Shown here in pieces: positions 18,379 to 29,511 of a DNA stretch of 64,000 bases; within the stretch, counting starts at the first letter, position 1, and each line of letters starts with the position of its first letter. The translations under genes and the position numbers were made by a program. Source of the stretch: an uncultured Planctomycetia bacterium (GTDB taxonomy: Bacteria; Omnitrophota; Gorgyraeia; B26-G9); NCBI GenBank assembly GCA_964437495.1, contig CAYTGV010000009.1:6983-70982 (forward strand), read 5' to 3'. The notes below the pieces were generated by a model. That model saw nothing but the letters and a program-made list of their open reading frames with translations, had not been told where the DNA came from and did no database searches.

Positions 18379-19629
18379 ATGCGAATGCTAAAGTGGTTAT
18401 ATCCTGGAATGGGGGTTAAACGCTGGATAATCCTGAGTACTTTGGGGATTATGTTAGTCGTTTTAGGCACAATTGACAGTGTTAATGAGTTTAAAAATCA
18501 AAGTATTCCGGTTATAGGAATACTGTTGGTGATTTTCGGAATAATACTAATATTTACCGGCATTAAAAGAATGGTTAAATCATTTGTAGGAATTTTCATG
18601 CCGGTTCATAAAGAAAATGAACTAGTTGATCTGATTTATAAAAAAAGACAGCTAAGCCGAGGCCCAAAAATCGTTGTTATGGGCGGCGGTACCGGGCTAT
18701 CTGTTCTTTTACATGGATTAAAGGAGTACACATCAAACCTGACTGCAATTGTCACTGTTTCTGATGATGGCGGAAGTTCCGGACGATTAAGGCAGCAATT
18801 TAATATTTTACCGCCTGGGGATATTCGAAACTGCCTGGTAGCGCTTGCTGATGCTGAGCCATTAATGCGAGATTTATTTCAGTTCCGGTTTCAGGAAGGA
18901 ACAGAATTAGCCGGACACAATTTTGGTAACCTATTTATTACTGTTATGACCCAGGTTATCGGTGACTTTGACAAGGCAATAAAAGAATCCAGCAAGGTTT
19001 TGGCTATCAGGGGACAGGTAATACCTTCAACTTTAAAAAGAATAATCTTAATGGCAAAGCATGTTGATGGTACCAAGACCTATGGGGAAACCAAGATATC
19101 AAAAAGTACCAGCCCGATTAAAAGAGTACATCTTATGCCAGAGAATTGTCTGCCTACAGATGATGCTCTGAATGCTATAGCAGATGCTGAGGCAATTATT
19201 CTCGGCCCCGGTAGCCTATATACAAGTGTTTTACCGAATCTGCTGGTTAGAAACATCCCTGATGCCATAGCGGCATCAAGTGCTGTAAAGGTTTATATTT
19301 GTAATGTAATGACTCAGTCCGGTGAAACAGATAGTTTTACGGCCTATGACCATGTTAAAGCTATTCAAGAGCACACGGAAAAGAATATTATAGATTATTG
19401 TATTGTAAATAAGGGAGTTGTGCCGAACAGATTTCTCGAAAAATACAAAAGAGAGAATGCAGTTCCTGTGAAACCGGATATTGAAAAGATCAGAAGTGCC
19501 GGCATTAAGGTGCTTGCGGATAATGTTATCAACACCGAAGATCATGTGCGCCATGACGCGGAAAAAATTGCCAAAAATATAATTAAATTAATATTGGAGC
19601 TCAAAGAAAAAGGCTCTGTATTTGTATAA
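18379..19629 (+). CDS. yvcK: YvcK/CofD-family gluconeogenesis factor with N-terminal TM helices
   Basis: GGGTGLS, DDGGSSGRLR, PPGDIRNC, GPGSLYTS, RHD. Confidence 0.9.
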   Translation: MRMLKWLYPGMGVKRWIILSTLGIMLVVLGTIDSVNEFKNQSIPVIGILLVIFGIILIFTGIKRMVKSFVGIFMPVHKENELVDLIYKKRQLSRGPKIVVMGGGTGLSVLLHGLKEYTSNLTAIVTVSDDGGSSGRLRQQFNILPPGDIRNCLVALADAEPLMRDLFQFRFQEGTELAGHNFGNLFITVMTQVIGDFDKAIKESSKVLAIRGQVIPSTLKRIILMAKHVDGTKTYGETKISKSTSPIKRVHLMPENCLPTDDALNAIADAEAIILGPGSLYTSVLPNLLVRNIPDAIAASSAVKVYICNVMTQSGETDSFTAYDHVKAIQEHTEKNIIDYCIVNKGVVPNRFLEKYKRENAVPVKPDIEKIRSAGIKVLADNVINTEDHVRHDAEKIAKNIIKLILELKEKGSVFV

Positions 19630-19653
19630 AAGAAAGGGATTGATTTAATAATA

Positions 19654-19932
19654 ATGAGTAACCCTATCCAAAAAGTCGAAAGAAAAGTCACAATATTAAA
19701 TAAAACAGGACTGCATGCAAGACCCGCGGCTGTTTTTGTACAGATAGCGAATAAATTTGATTCTGAGGTTTCTGTAAAAAAAGGGAAACAAAAAGTTAAC
19801 GGAAAATCAATAATGGGAATTTTGATGCTGGCCGCAGGCCAGGGACAGCAAGTTACAATTTCAGCGGTTGGTATTGATGCCGAGCAGACGGTTAACGAAC
19901 TGGAGAAACTTTTATTAAGCAATGAAAAGTAA
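19654..19932 (+). CDS. ptsH: Phosphocarrier HPr
   Basis: GLHARPA (His15) and NGKSIMG (Ser46). Confidence 0.93.
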   Translation: MSNPIQKVERKVTILNKTGLHARPAAVFVQIANKFDSEVSVKKGKQKVNGKSIMGILMLAAGQGQQVTISAVGIDAEQTVNELEKLLLSNEK

Positions 19933-21694
19933 AGAATATACAAAAAATCCTAAGAAATTGATCAATGGAATAGCTGCTTCACCTGGTATTGCCATAGGTA
20001 GAGTTTTTATCTGGGATAGCGAAGAATATACCATAAGCAAGCATATTGTTTCTGAAAACAAGCTCGCAGTAGAAATCAGCCGCTTTGAAGATGCACTGAT
20101 AAAAACTCGATCAGAGATACTAGAAATCCAAAAACAGATTTCCAAAGAAATGGGTGTAGAACACGCGGAAATTTTTAATGCTCATTTGCTTGTGCTTGAA
20201 GACCGCATGCTGATCGAGGAAGTTATAAATAAGATCAGAAAGGAAAAAGTTAATGTCGAACATGCTTTTGTCGTTGTAATAAAAAAATATGCGGATATAT
20301 TTTCGAAGATGGACGATGAATATCTAAGAGAGCGTCTTGCTGATATACAGGATGTCGGCAAAAGGATAATCCGGAATTTATTAGGCAAACAAAAGCAGGG
20401 ATTAGCTGATGTTACAGAGAAAGTTATAGTTGTCGCTACTAATCTTTCCCCCTCTGATACGGCTTTGATGCATAAAGAAAAGGTTGTTGGCTTTGCGACC
20501 GATATGGGAGGCAGGACCTCTCATACGGCAATTTTGGCCAGGTCCGGCGAAATACCCGCAGTTGTCGGGCTCAAAACCATTACGCCATTTGTAAAAAATG
20601 GCGATATTATCATTATCGATGGAAATAATGGCAATGTAATAATTAATCCGCAAAGATCGGTAATAAAAAAATACCAAAAAGAAAAAAAGAAATTTAAGGA
20701 TTTTGAAAAAGGACTTTCCCGCTATAAATCCCTGCCGGCAGTAACTAAAGACGGCCGCAGTATTGTAATCGGAGCTAATATAGAATTTCCTGATGAGCTG
20801 CTATCTGTTATTGCTCATGGAGCTCAGGGAATAGGGCTTTACCGGACAGAATATATGTATCTTAACCGTACGGATATTCCTTCGGAAGAAGAACATTTCC
20901 AGGCTTACAAGAAGGTTGCTCAAACATTAAAAAAGAACCCAGCTGTTATTAGAACTATGGATATCGGGGGTGATAAATTTGTTTCCCATTTAGAGATACC
21001 CAGAGAAATGAATCCGCTTATGGGCAGAAGGGCGATACGTTTTTGTCTGGCCAGGCCTGAAATCTTTAAAACACAGCTTAGAGGAATCCTAAGAGCAAGT
21101 ATTTATGGTAATCTAAAGATCATGTATCCTATGATTTCAGGTTTAGAGGAGCTACGTCAGGCAAATGAAATCCTAAAAGAAGTAATGCATGAACTTAGCC
21201 AAAAACACATTCCCTTTGATAGGGATATTGAAGTCGGGATTATGATCGAGGTGCCCTCAGCGGCATTGATCGCGGATATTCTGGCCAAAGAAGTGTCTTT
21301 TTTTAGTATTGGAACTAATGATCTGATCCAATACTCACTGGCAGTAGACAGAATCAATGAAAAAATCGCTTATCTGTATGAGCCGGCGCATCCGGCTGTC
21401 CTTAGACTTATAAAATATATAATCGATGCCGGACATAATCAGGGTATCTGGGTAGGTATGTGCGGAGAGATGGCAGCAGAGCCTGTTTTTACGCTTGTGT
21501 TATTGGGATTAGGCCTTGATGAATTTAGCGCCAGCGCAGTAGCCGTGCCGGAAATCAAGAAGATCATCCGGTCTGTTAATTTTGAACAAGCTCAGGAAAT
21601 CGCAACAAAGATTCTCACACTTGAATCTGCTGAAGAAATCCAAAAATTCGCAAGTACCAGATTGCACAAGCTGATCGATAATAGTAAAAATTAG
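19922..21694 (+). CDS. ptsI: PEP-protein phosphotransferase, enzyme I
   Basis: GGRTSHTAILAR, GLYRTEY, DIGGDK, SIGTNDLIQY, MCGEMA; no N-terminal GAF. Confidence 0.95.
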   Translation: MKSKEYTKNPKKLINGIAASPGIAIGRVFIWDSEEYTISKHIVSENKLAVEISRFEDALIKTRSEILEIQKQISKEMGVEHAEIFNAHLLVLEDRMLIEEVINKIRKEKVNVEHAFVVVIKKYADIFSKMDDEYLRERLADIQDVGKRIIRNLLGKQKQGLADVTEKVIVVATNLSPSDTALMHKEKVVGFATDMGGRTSHTAILARSGEIPAVVGLKTITPFVKNGDIIIIDGNNGNVIINPQRSVIKKYQKEKKKFKDFEKGLSRYKSLPAVTKDGRSIVIGANIEFPDELLSVIAHGAQGIGLYRTEYMYLNRTDIPSEEEHFQAYKKVAQTLKKNPAVIRTMDIGGDKFVSHLEIPREMNPLMGRRAIRFCLARPEIFKTQLRGILRASIYGNLKIMYPMISGLEELRQANEILKEVMHELSQKHIPFDRDIEVGIMIEVPSAALIADILAKEVSFFSIGTNDLIQYSLAVDRINEKIAYLYEPAHPAVLRLIKYIIDAGHNQGIWVGMCGEMAAEPVFTLVLLGLGLDEFSASAVAVPEIKKIIRSVNFEQAQEIATKILTLESAEEIQKFASTRLHKLIDNSKN

Positions 21695-21705
21695 AAGTAA
21701 TACAT

Positions 21706-22443
21706 ATGAAAACACTTATTTTAGCTGCAGGATATGCAACAAGACTCTATCCGCTGACAAAGCATTGGCCTAAGCCTTTATTGGTTGTGAAAGAGAAACC
21801 GATAATTAATTATATAATTGAGAAAGTTGATATATTAGATAAAAACAATGAAATTATTGTTATAACTAATGAAAAGTTCTTTGATCAGTTTTCATACTGG
21901 GCTGAAAAAACTCAGATCAAAACTAAATTAACCGTAATTAGTGATAAGACAAGCTCGGCTGAAGACAGGCTGGGAGCAATTGGCGACATAAATTTTGCCT
22001 TAAATAAGCAGTCAATAGATGATGATTTGCTTGTGATCGGCGGAGACAACCTTTTTGCTTTTGATCTAAATGCTTTTATAAAAACTATACGCCAGGAGAA
22101 ATTAGCTGCCGCTGTGGGTCTTTATGATATTAAAGATCCGGCAATGGTTAGGCATTACGGGGTTGTGAGTATTGATAATAAGAACAAAATCATTGATTTT
22201 CAAGAGAAACCGGATAAGAGTACATCTACTCTTATCTCAATGTGTATTTATTATTTTGCTAAAGAAAATATTAAATTAATAAAAAAATATATAAATAGTA
22301 AGGATTCCCATGACACATCAGGCGATTACATAAAGTGGCTCTCAAAAGAGCTTGATGTATGCGGATATACTTTTGATGGAACATGGTATGACATTGGGGA
22401 TATAATTACTTTTTATCATGCCAGTGTCGCGTTTAACGGTTAG
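21706..22443 (+). CDS. Sugar-phosphate nucleotidyltransferase family protein
   Basis: ILAAGYATRLYPLT..PKPLL, GGDN, FQEKP, WYDIG. Confidence 0.88.
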   Translation: MKTLILAAGYATRLYPLTKHWPKPLLVVKEKPIINYIIEKVDILDKNNEIIVITNEKFFDQFSYWAEKTQIKTKLTVISDKTSSAEDRLGAIGDINFALNKQSIDDDLLVIGGDNLFAFDLNAFIKTIRQEKLAAAVGLYDIKDPAMVRHYGVVSIDNKNKIIDFQEKPDKSTSTLISMCIYYFAKENIKLIKKYINSKDSHDTSGDYIKWLSKELDVCGYTFDGTWYDIGDIITFYHASVAFNG

Positions 22444-22458
22444 AAAGGAGTAGGGTGA

Positions 22459-23619
22459 ATGGAAAAGAATTATTTAATGACATCAGAATCTGTTGCTTGC
22501 GGACATCCTGACAAATTATGTGATCAGGTTTCTGATGGTGTTCTTGATGATTTGCTGCGCCAGGATAAATACAGCAGGGTTGCATGTGAAACGTATGTAA
22601 CAATGGGCATGATTATTGTCGGTGGGGAAATCACAACAAAAGGTTTTGTCAATATCCATAATATAGTAAGAAGGGTCGTTAAAGAAATCGGCTATAATAA
22701 CCCGGCATTTGGGTTTGATTATAATACATGCGCTATTTTGAATGCGATAAATACACAATCACCTGATATCGCCATGGGTGTGGATACTGGCGGAGCAGGA
22801 GACCAGGGGATGATGACTGGTTTTGCCACAAACGAAACTCCTGAACTTATGCCATTACCTTTAATGCTCGCTCAAAAGCTGGTACGCAGGATGAAGGAAG
22901 TTAGAGAAAAAAAAATATTAAAATATCTTGCGCCTGATGGTAAGGCCCAGGTAACGGTTGCCTATGTTAACGGAAAACCGAAAAAGGTAACAGCCGTTGT
23001 ACTAGCCGTTCAACATACTGAGACAATACTCAACAAGGCCAAAACCCATATAACCGATAAATCCCGTAAAGAAATGATTGATAAAATTGCTAAGCCGATT
23101 TTAGGCAAATGGGTAGATAAGAATACGGAATACTTTGTAAACCAAACCGGAAAATTTTTAGTCGGCGGACCTCAGTCTGATACTGGTATGACAGGAAGAA
23201 AAATTGTCGTTGATACTTACGGCGGATTTGCTCCGGTTGGCGGGGGCGCTTTTTCCGGTAAAGATCCTACCAAAGTTGACCGCTCAGCTGCTTATATGGG
23301 CAGATATATTGCTAAGAATATCGTTGCGGCAGGGCTTGCAGATGTTTGTCATCTTCAAGTAGCCTATTGTATCGGTAAAAAAGAACCTGTATCTGTGGTT
23401 ATCGATACTCGGGGAACCGGAAAAATATCAGATGAGAAGATCGCTAAACTGGTAAAGAAATATTTTCCTTTATATCCTCAGGCGATTATTAAGAAGCTTG
23501 ATCTGCTTAAACCTATTTATCAAAAAACTGCCTGTCACGGACATTTTGGCAGAAATGAATTTACTTGGGAAAAAACTGATATGGCCGCAACATTGAAAAA
23601 AGCAGCAAAGTCATTATGA
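22459..23619 (+). CDS. metK: S-adenosylmethionine synthetase
   Basis: [31 protein letters not shown]. Confidence 0.97.
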   Translation: MEKNYLMTSESVACGHPDKLCDQVSDGVLDDLLRQDKYSRVACETYVTMGMIIVGGEITTKGFVNIHNIVRRVVKEIGYNNPAFGFDYNTCAILNAINTQSPDIAMGVDTGGAGDQGMMTGFATNETPELMPLPLMLAQKLVRRMKEVREKKILKYLAPDGKAQVTVAYVNGKPKKVTAVVLAVQHTETILNKAKTHITDKSRKEMIDKIAKPILGKWVDKNTEYFVNQTGKFLVGGPQSDTGMTGRKIVVDTYGGFAPVGGGAFSGKDPTKVDRSAAYMGRYIAKNIVAAGLADVCHLQVAYCIGKKEPVSVVIDTRGTGKISDEKIAKLVKKYFPLYPQAIIKKLDLLKPIYQKTACHGHFGRNEFTWEKTDMAATLKKAAKSL

Positions 23620-23633
23620 ATAAGGAGAGTGTG

Positions 23634-25049
23634 ATGCCAAAACTGGATAATGATTATAAGGTGAACGATTTAGGCCTTGCTGATTTCGGCAGAAAAGAGA
23701 TTGAAATCGCCGAGCACGAGATGCCGGGGCTTATGTCGGTTCGGAAGAAATATGCCGCGTCCCTACCGCTTAAAGGCGTTAGAATTATGGGATCCTTGCA
23801 TATGACTATTCAGACTGCGGTATTGATCGAGACCTTAGTTGATTTAGGAGCTGATGTACGCTGGGCCAGCTGCAATATATTCTCCACCCAGGATCACGCG
23901 GCAGCCGCGATCGCAAAAAGCGGTGTGCCTGTTTTTGCCTGGAAAGGTGAGACACTCGAGGAGTTCTGGTGGTGCACTGAGCAGGCATTGACATTTCCCG
24001 GTGATTTAGGACCGCAATTGATTGTTGATGACGGCGGAGATGCTACATTGATGATGCAGCTGGGATATAAGGCGGAAAAAGATCCCTTAATTCTCAATAA
24101 GCAGCCCGGCGGAGAAGATGAGGCATTTCTACTTGCTTTACTTAAAGCGCGTCAGAGTGATAGGCCGCAAAAGTGGACGGCTATGGTTAGGCAATGGAAG
24201 GGTGTTTCTGAGGAAACAACAACCGGCGTGAATAGACTTTACCAAATGGTAGAAAAAGGAGAACTGCTGGTTCCTGCGATAAATGTCAATGACTCGGTAA
24301 CAAAGTCAAAATTTGACAATCTCTATGGGTGCCGTGAATCCCTTAATGATGGAATAAAACGCGCTACAGATGTAATGATTGCCGGAAAAGTTGCTGTTGT
24401 CTGCGGATATGGTGATGTTGGCAAGGGCTCTTCAGCATCTCTGCGCGGTTTAGGCGCAAGAGTTATTGTAACTGAGATCGATCCTATCTGCGCCTTGCAG
24501 GCTGCGATGGAAGGCTATGAGGTTAAGCCAATTGAGGATACGCTGGGAATCGGAGATATCTATGTAACGGCTACTGGTAACCGCGATGTACTAAGGGTTG
24601 AACATATAGAAAAAATGAAAAATCAGGCGATAATATGCAATATCGGTCATTTTGATAATGAAATTCAGGTTGCGGGACTTGAAAGCTATAAGGGAATTAA
24701 AAAGGTAAATATAAAGCCTCAGGTTGATAAGTTTGTTTTTCCGGATGGAAAGGAGGTTTATTTATTAGCTGAGGGCAGATTAGTAAATCTGGGCTGTGCT
24801 ACCGGGCATCCTTCATTTGTGATGTCAAATTCTTTTACAAATCAAGTTTTGGCTCAGCTAGACCTTTGGAAAAATAAAGACAGTTATGAAGTAAAGGTAT
24901 ATTGCCTGCCTAAGGATCTTGATGAAGAAGTTGCCCGATTGCATCTTGAGCGTATAGGAGTTAAGCTGACTAAATTGACTAAGGAGCAATCAGAATATCT
25001 TGGAATACCGATAGAAGGTCCTTATAAGCCGGGCCATTATCGATATTAA
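23634..25049 (+). CDS. ahcY: Adenosylhomocysteinase
   Basis: [53 protein letters not shown]; start 23616/23634. Confidence 0.97.
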   Translation: MPKLDNDYKVNDLGLADFGRKEIEIAEHEMPGLMSVRKKYAASLPLKGVRIMGSLHMTIQTAVLIETLVDLGADVRWASCNIFSTQDHAAAAIAKSGVPVFAWKGETLEEFWWCTEQALTFPGDLGPQLIVDDGGDATLMMQLGYKAEKDPLILNKQPGGEDEAFLLALLKARQSDRPQKWTAMVRQWKGVSEETTTGVNRLYQMVEKGELLVPAINVNDSVTKSKFDNLYGCRESLNDGIKRATDVMIAGKVAVVCGYGDVGKGSSASLRGLGARVIVTEIDPICALQAAMEGYEVKPIEDTLGIGDIYVTATGNRDVLRVEHIEKMKNQAIICNIGHFDNEIQVAGLESYKGIKKVNIKPQVDKFVFPDGKEVYLLAEGRLVNLGCATGHPSFVMSNSFTNQVLAQLDLWKNKDSYEVKVYCLPKDLDEEVARLHLERIGVKLTKLTKEQSEYLGIPIEGPYKPGHYRY

Positions 25050-25180
25050 ACAGCCTATATTAATTAGTAAAATTACAAGTTATAAGTGACAAAATATTTA
25101 TTCTATGTGATTGTTTGTAACCACTAGTAACTAATTGTAACTTTCAATAACCAATTAAAAAAATAAAAGGAGAAAAACTT

Positions 25181-26188
25181 ATGGTTTCGTATAAGGATCT
25201 GGGATTAGTAGATACAAAGGAAATGTTTAAAAAGGCAATGGAAGGTAAATATGCCGTCCCTGCTTATAATTTTAATAATATGGAGCAGATTCAGGCAATA
25301 GTAATCGCCTGTGTGGAAACGCAATCACCAGTAATTTTACAGGTCTCAAGCGGAGCACGTAAATACGCCAACCAGACCCTGCTGCAATATCTCGGACAAG
25401 GAGCAGTAGCGATGATGCAGGATCTGGCCAGAGAAAAGGGCCTGAAAAATATTCCAATAGCTTTGCATCTTGATCACGGCGATACTTTTGAGCTTGCCAA
25501 GTCATGTGTTGATTCTGGATTTTCCTCGATAATGATCGACGGTTCACATCACTCCTTTGAAAAGAATATTGCCTTGACTAAACAGGTGGTTGAATATGCA
25601 CATGTTAAAGATGTGACTGTAGAAGGTGAACTGGGCGTACTTGCCGGGATTGAAGATGATGTTGTAGCTGAAAAATCAACATATACTCAGCCGAAAGATG
25701 TTATAGAATTCGTAAATAAAACCGGAGTCGATTCCCTGGCAATCTCGATTGGAACTTCACATGGTGCAAATAAATTTAAACCTGAGCAATGCACGAAAAA
25801 TGAACAGGGCGTTTATATTCCGCCTGCACTCCGATTTGATATTTTGGAGGAGATAGAAAAGAAAATATCTGGATTTCCGATTGTTCTCCATGGCTCTTCT
25901 TCCGTACCAGTAGAAGCAGTTAAGATAATTAATGCAAACGGTGGCGCATTAAAGGATACTGTGGGGATTCCTGAAGAGCAGCTAAGAAAAGCAACTAAAT
26001 CAGCTGTATGTAAAGTAAATATTGATTCAGACGGAAGACTGTGGATGACAGCAGCGATAAGAAAGCATATGGCCGAAAAGCCTGCTGATTTTGATCCGCG
26101 TCAATATTTAGGGCCTGCGAGAATTGCCTTGATAAAAATGTACAAGCATAAGAATGAACATGTACTTGGCTCAAACAACAGGGTTTAA
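25181..26188 (+). CDS. fba: Class II fructose-bisphosphate aldolase
   Basis: LHLDHG, MIDGS, EGELG, GTSHG, VLHGSS, KVNIDSD, FDPR. Confidence 0.94.
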   Translation: MVSYKDLGLVDTKEMFKKAMEGKYAVPAYNFNNMEQIQAIVIACVETQSPVILQVSSGARKYANQTLLQYLGQGAVAMMQDLAREKGLKNIPIALHLDHGDTFELAKSCVDSGFSSIMIDGSHHSFEKNIALTKQVVEYAHVKDVTVEGELGVLAGIEDDVVAEKSTYTQPKDVIEFVNKTGVDSLAISIGTSHGANKFKPEQCTKNEQGVYIPPALRFDILEEIEKKISGFPIVLHGSSSVPVEAVKIINANGGALKDTVGIPEEQLRKATKSAVCKVNIDSDGRLWMTAAIRKHMAEKPADFDPRQYLGPARIALIKMYKHKNEHVLGSNNRV

Positions 26189-26208
26189 TATTTAAGGCAT
26201 TAAAAAAC

Positions 26209-26249
26209 AAAATAACTCCTCTGCATATTCAGTAGCGGAGTTATTTTTT
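26209..26249 (+). terminator. Terminator after fba (possibly bidirectional)
   Basis: AAAATAACTCC...GGAGTTATTTT stem with T-tract. Confidence 0.7.
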
Positions 26250-26310
26250 GGGCCATTCTTGATTAATTTAAAGTGGCTTATATAATTTAATGCTTTGTAA
26301 GTTATTGAAA

Positions 26311-26350
26311 TAAGGTTCTTTCAATCAACTTAAAATAAGAAAGAACCTTA
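26311..26350 (-). terminator. Inverted repeat at the lptG stop, likely terminator
   Basis: TAAGGTTCTTTC (26311-26322) / GAAAGAACCTTA (26339-26350) perfect 12-bp IR. Confidence 0.45.
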
Positions 26351-27436
26351 TTTTTTAACTGATTCTATAAGCCAGATACCTATAAAAAGAAATACAATAT
26401 TGGTTATCCAGGCAGACAGGAGGGGGGGGATAAAGCCGATTTTACCCAAGGATAGACTCACCGCATTAAGCCCCCAGTAACTGAAACTTATAGCAATACT
26501 TGTTGCCACCCCAAGAAAAAGGCTTTCACTTCTACTTCGAGTTAAGGTGAAGGGAACGGCAAAGAAAATAATAATAAAATTAGCCAGGGGAAAAGCAATT
26601 TTACTATAAAGAATCACCAGCTCTTTATTCGCCTTAAAGCCTCCGCGCTTTAAACGCCTTACATATTTTTTGAGCTGCCAATAACTCATTAAATCCGGCT
26701 GAAGATTTGCCCTCTGGATATCTTCTGGTTTTTCATCGATTTTAATTACCTTTTCCGCAAAGTTCTGCGGTGCGAACTGTATCTTGCCATCAGCATAATC
26801 GGTAATAATGCAATCATAGAATATCCAGAACCCTTCAATCCATTGCGCACGTTTTGCTACGATCAATCGGGTTAATTCATTTAACTTATTACTTTCAGAT
26901 ATTGTTATATTTGTCATCTGCTGCCGTTTTACATCATAGCTATTAATAATAAATATTCGGTTATGTGTTCCATGTAAAGCAATATCGTTCATTATATGGT
27001 TTTCTTCTTTATTGGCATGGGGTTTAAAATATTGCTCTTTAAGCTCTATTGAATGCAAATATGAATTAGGCTTTACCAGCTCATTTACACTGAAACTGGC
27101 AATGCTCATAAGAATACCAAAGCCTAGGAATATCCATATAATAGACCAGAGATTAACCCCAATAGCTTTTATCGCCATTATCTCATTGTTGCGATTAAGG
27201 GTTCCAAGAGTGAAAATCGTTGCCAGGATTATTATGATCGGAGAGATGTTTACAAAGATGAAAGGAGTCAGAGAGAAATAATAATCACAAAGTACAAAAA
27301 GCGGCACCTTAGCTTTCATGATCTCATCGAGTGAGTCAAAAAGATCAATTATCCAGGAAAGACTGATAAAAAGTATGAAACAGCCGATAAAAGGTTTTAA
27401 AAATTCACCTAATATATATTCTCTTATAATTCTCAT
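26348..27436 (-). CDS. lptG: LPS export permease LptG
   Basis: YjgP/YjgQ architecture: 3 TM, NEIMAIKAIG, periplasmic beta-jellyroll, 3 TM, PPLLSAW. Confidence 0.88.
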   Translation of the reverse strand: MRIIREYILGEFLKPFIGCFILFISLSWIIDLFDSLDEIMKAKVPLFVLCDYYFSLTPFIFVNISPIIIILATIFTLGTLNRNNEIMAIKAIGVNLWSIIWIFLGFGILMSIASFSVNELVKPNSYLHSIELKEQYFKPHANKEENHIMNDIALHGTHNRIFIINSYDVKRQQMTNITISESNKLNELTRLIVAKRAQWIEGFWIFYDCIITDYADGKIQFAPQNFAEKVIKIDEKPEDIQRANLQPDLMSYWQLKKYVRRLKRGGFKANKELVILYSKIAFPLANFIIIFFAVPFTLTRSRSESLFLGVATSIAISFSYWGLNAVSLSLGKIGFIPPLLSAWITNIVFLFIGIWLIESVKK

Positions 27437-27439
27437 GGT

Positions 27440-28534
27440 TTATTCTTCCAGAACCTTGTAACTCAAACACAATCCTATAGTTAAAAATATCATATTCGGC
27501 AACCAGACACCGACCACAGGTAAGATCTTATTGCGCAAAGCCAGGCTTTCACCAAAAGCCATAAGTAAATAGTATAACAGGCAAATCCCTATACTCAAAG
27601 CAAAACCTAGAGATCGTTCACGGCTTTTGACTCGTATCGCAAGGGGAGTTCCAATAAAGATAAATATCAGACTGCTGAATGCGAGTGAATACTTTCTATA
27701 TAAACCGACCTGCAAAGGGCGATAATCGATTTTAAGTCCTTTCATTTTCTTTATATCAGACTCAATTTCCTTAATCGTCATGTCAGAAACTTTTTTATCA
27801 AGTTTGCTAAGTGCTTGCTTTTCCTTTAAATCCAGGGTTATATGATAATTTTTAAAGTTTAGTTTATAAAATACCCCAGAATCTGCAAAACTTGGTTCAT
27901 CAGCCGAACCGTTTTTAAGCACAAGTTTTACTGCGCTTTTTTCAGGAATGAAGATAAATTCACCCCGCTCGGCAATAATAGTCCTGGTCGGTTTATCGGT
28001 TTGCGGCTGATATATACGAATATCCTCAAGATATTCACCCCTAATCTTGTAAATGAACATAATGTGATCCTTAAAAGCTTTTATAAATGTTTTTTCTTCC
28101 AAATAGGCCGTTGGTTTTTTAATGCCAATTTCCTGCAATGTAGTGCGCATTAAATAATGTGCTTTTGGAATAATAGAGTCATTAAAATAAAGACAAAGCA
28201 GGCTGAACATAATGCCAATAAGTAAAATAATCCCAACTATGGGGTACAAGCTTATACCGCTTGATCGCATAGCCGTGATTTCATTATCATATGCCATGCG
28301 TCCAAAACAGAGCAGGCTGGCACACAGAATAGATATCGGGATAGAGAAAACAAACAGGCTGGGTAAAAGATACATGAACAGCCGCAAAACAACAAGTATA
28401 TTAACGCCCTTAGCTATGACCATATCAACCATCTTAACCATATTGCCAACCACAAGTATAAAACTGATAATAACAAGCGCCAACGCAAAAACAGTTAACC
28501 ACTCAGAAAGCACATATTTTTTCAAAATCCGCAT
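27440..28534 (-). CDS. lptF: LPS export permease LptF
   Basis: GRMAYDNEITAMRSSGIS, WLPN; tandem with lptG. Confidence 0.88.
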   Translation of the reverse strand: MRILKKYVLSEWLTVFALALVIISFILVVGNMVKMVDMVIAKGVNILVVLRLFMYLLPSLFVFSIPISILCASLLCFGRMAYDNEITAMRSSGISLYPIVGIILLIGIMFSLLCLYFNDSIIPKAHYLMRTTLQEIGIKKPTAYLEEKTFIKAFKDHIMFIYKIRGEYLEDIRIYQPQTDKPTRTIIAERGEFIFIPEKSAVKLVLKNGSADEPSFADSGVFYKLNFKNYHITLDLKEKQALSKLDKKVSDMTIKEIESDIKKMKGLKIDYRPLQVGLYRKYSLAFSSLIFIFIGTPLAIRVKSRERSLGFALSIGICLLYYLLMAFGESLALRNKILPVVGVWLPNMIFLTIGLCLSYKVLEE

Positions 28535-28541
28535 TATTTTT

Positions 28542-29276
28542 TTACCTTGCCATTGTTAGAGTATAGACTTTTTTTGCTCCTGCATTTTTTAGCACGCGTG
28601 AGCATTCGTTTAGAGTAGCTCCAGTAGTGAATATATCATCGACAATCAGTACTGATTTATTTTTAAAAAAGGACTTATCATTACAGTCAAAGGCGTCTTT
28701 TATATTTAGCTGTCTTTTCTCAAGCGAGAGCTGATACTGCGACAGAGTATTTCTCACGCGCCTAAGGTTATTGAATGATGCTGGTAAATTTAAATTCAAT
28801 CTGATAAAATCCGCAAACAATTCGGATTGATTGAATCCGCGTTCCTTTAATTTCGTTTTATGCAACGGAACCGCCGTAATCAGATCAATACTAGCGATGT
28901 TAAAATGTGCCTTTAGAAATTCCAGCATAATTCTCGAAAGATTTTTACCGATTTTCAATTTTCTTTTATATTTTAACAATTGGATGCACTTTTTTGTAAT
29001 CCCACTATACTCAGAGACACTCAATGCTCTATCAAAATAATATAACTTATTGCGACATTTACTACAGGAACCGTTTTTTGCACTAACGCCTTTTAGGGGA
29101 AATCCGCATTTATTACACAATGGTGATACATTTATACAAATCTTTTCCAAACAGGCTTTGCAGGCGCTCTCATATGAACTATCAATAATAGCTTCAGAGC
29201 ATATCAGGCAATGCTGGGGATAAAGTAGATCAACAAGAGATTGGAAAAACAGCTTTAATTTTAATAAATCAAGCAT
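28542..29276 (-). CDS. comF: ComF-family protein (zinc ribbon + PRTase)
   Basis: CxxC pairs, VPLH...RGFNQS, VDDIFTTGATL. Confidence 0.9.
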   Translation of the reverse strand: MLDLLKLKLFFQSLVDLLYPQHCLICSEAIIDSSYESACKACLEKICINVSPLCNKCGFPLKGVSAKNGSCSKCRNKLYYFDRALSVSEYSGITKKCIQLLKYKRKLKIGKNLSRIMLEFLKAHFNIASIDLITAVPLHKTKLKERGFNQSELFADFIRLNLNLPASFNNLRRVRNTLSQYQLSLEKRQLNIKDAFDCNDKSFFKNKSVLIVDDIFTTGATLNECSRVLKNAGAKKVYTLTMAR

Positions 29277-29511
29277 TTTTTTTACCTCTTATCAGCAGAT
29301 ATTTACCATTTTAGAAAAACATATATGCATATACTACTCGCTTCTTTGAATATTTTACTCAAACGGACTAAAAGATAAATATCCCTAATGTGCTTTACTA
29401 TACCATAAATAATCAGGATTTACAAAATAAACCCCTCAAGGGTACCGCTTTAAACCAATTAAATTGTTTAAAGGATAATGGACTGGAGACTTGCTTTTGT
29501 TTAAGCTGTGT

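Noticed and set aside
22444-23640. SAM/SAH riboswitch before metK or ahcY
   Set aside because: Intergenic gaps are about 15 nt or less, leaving no room for an aptamer
25050-25180. Second heptamer array between ahcY and fba
   Set aside because: Only 2-3 degenerate units (CAAGTTA TAAGTGA; TAAC motifs out of phase); too weak to call
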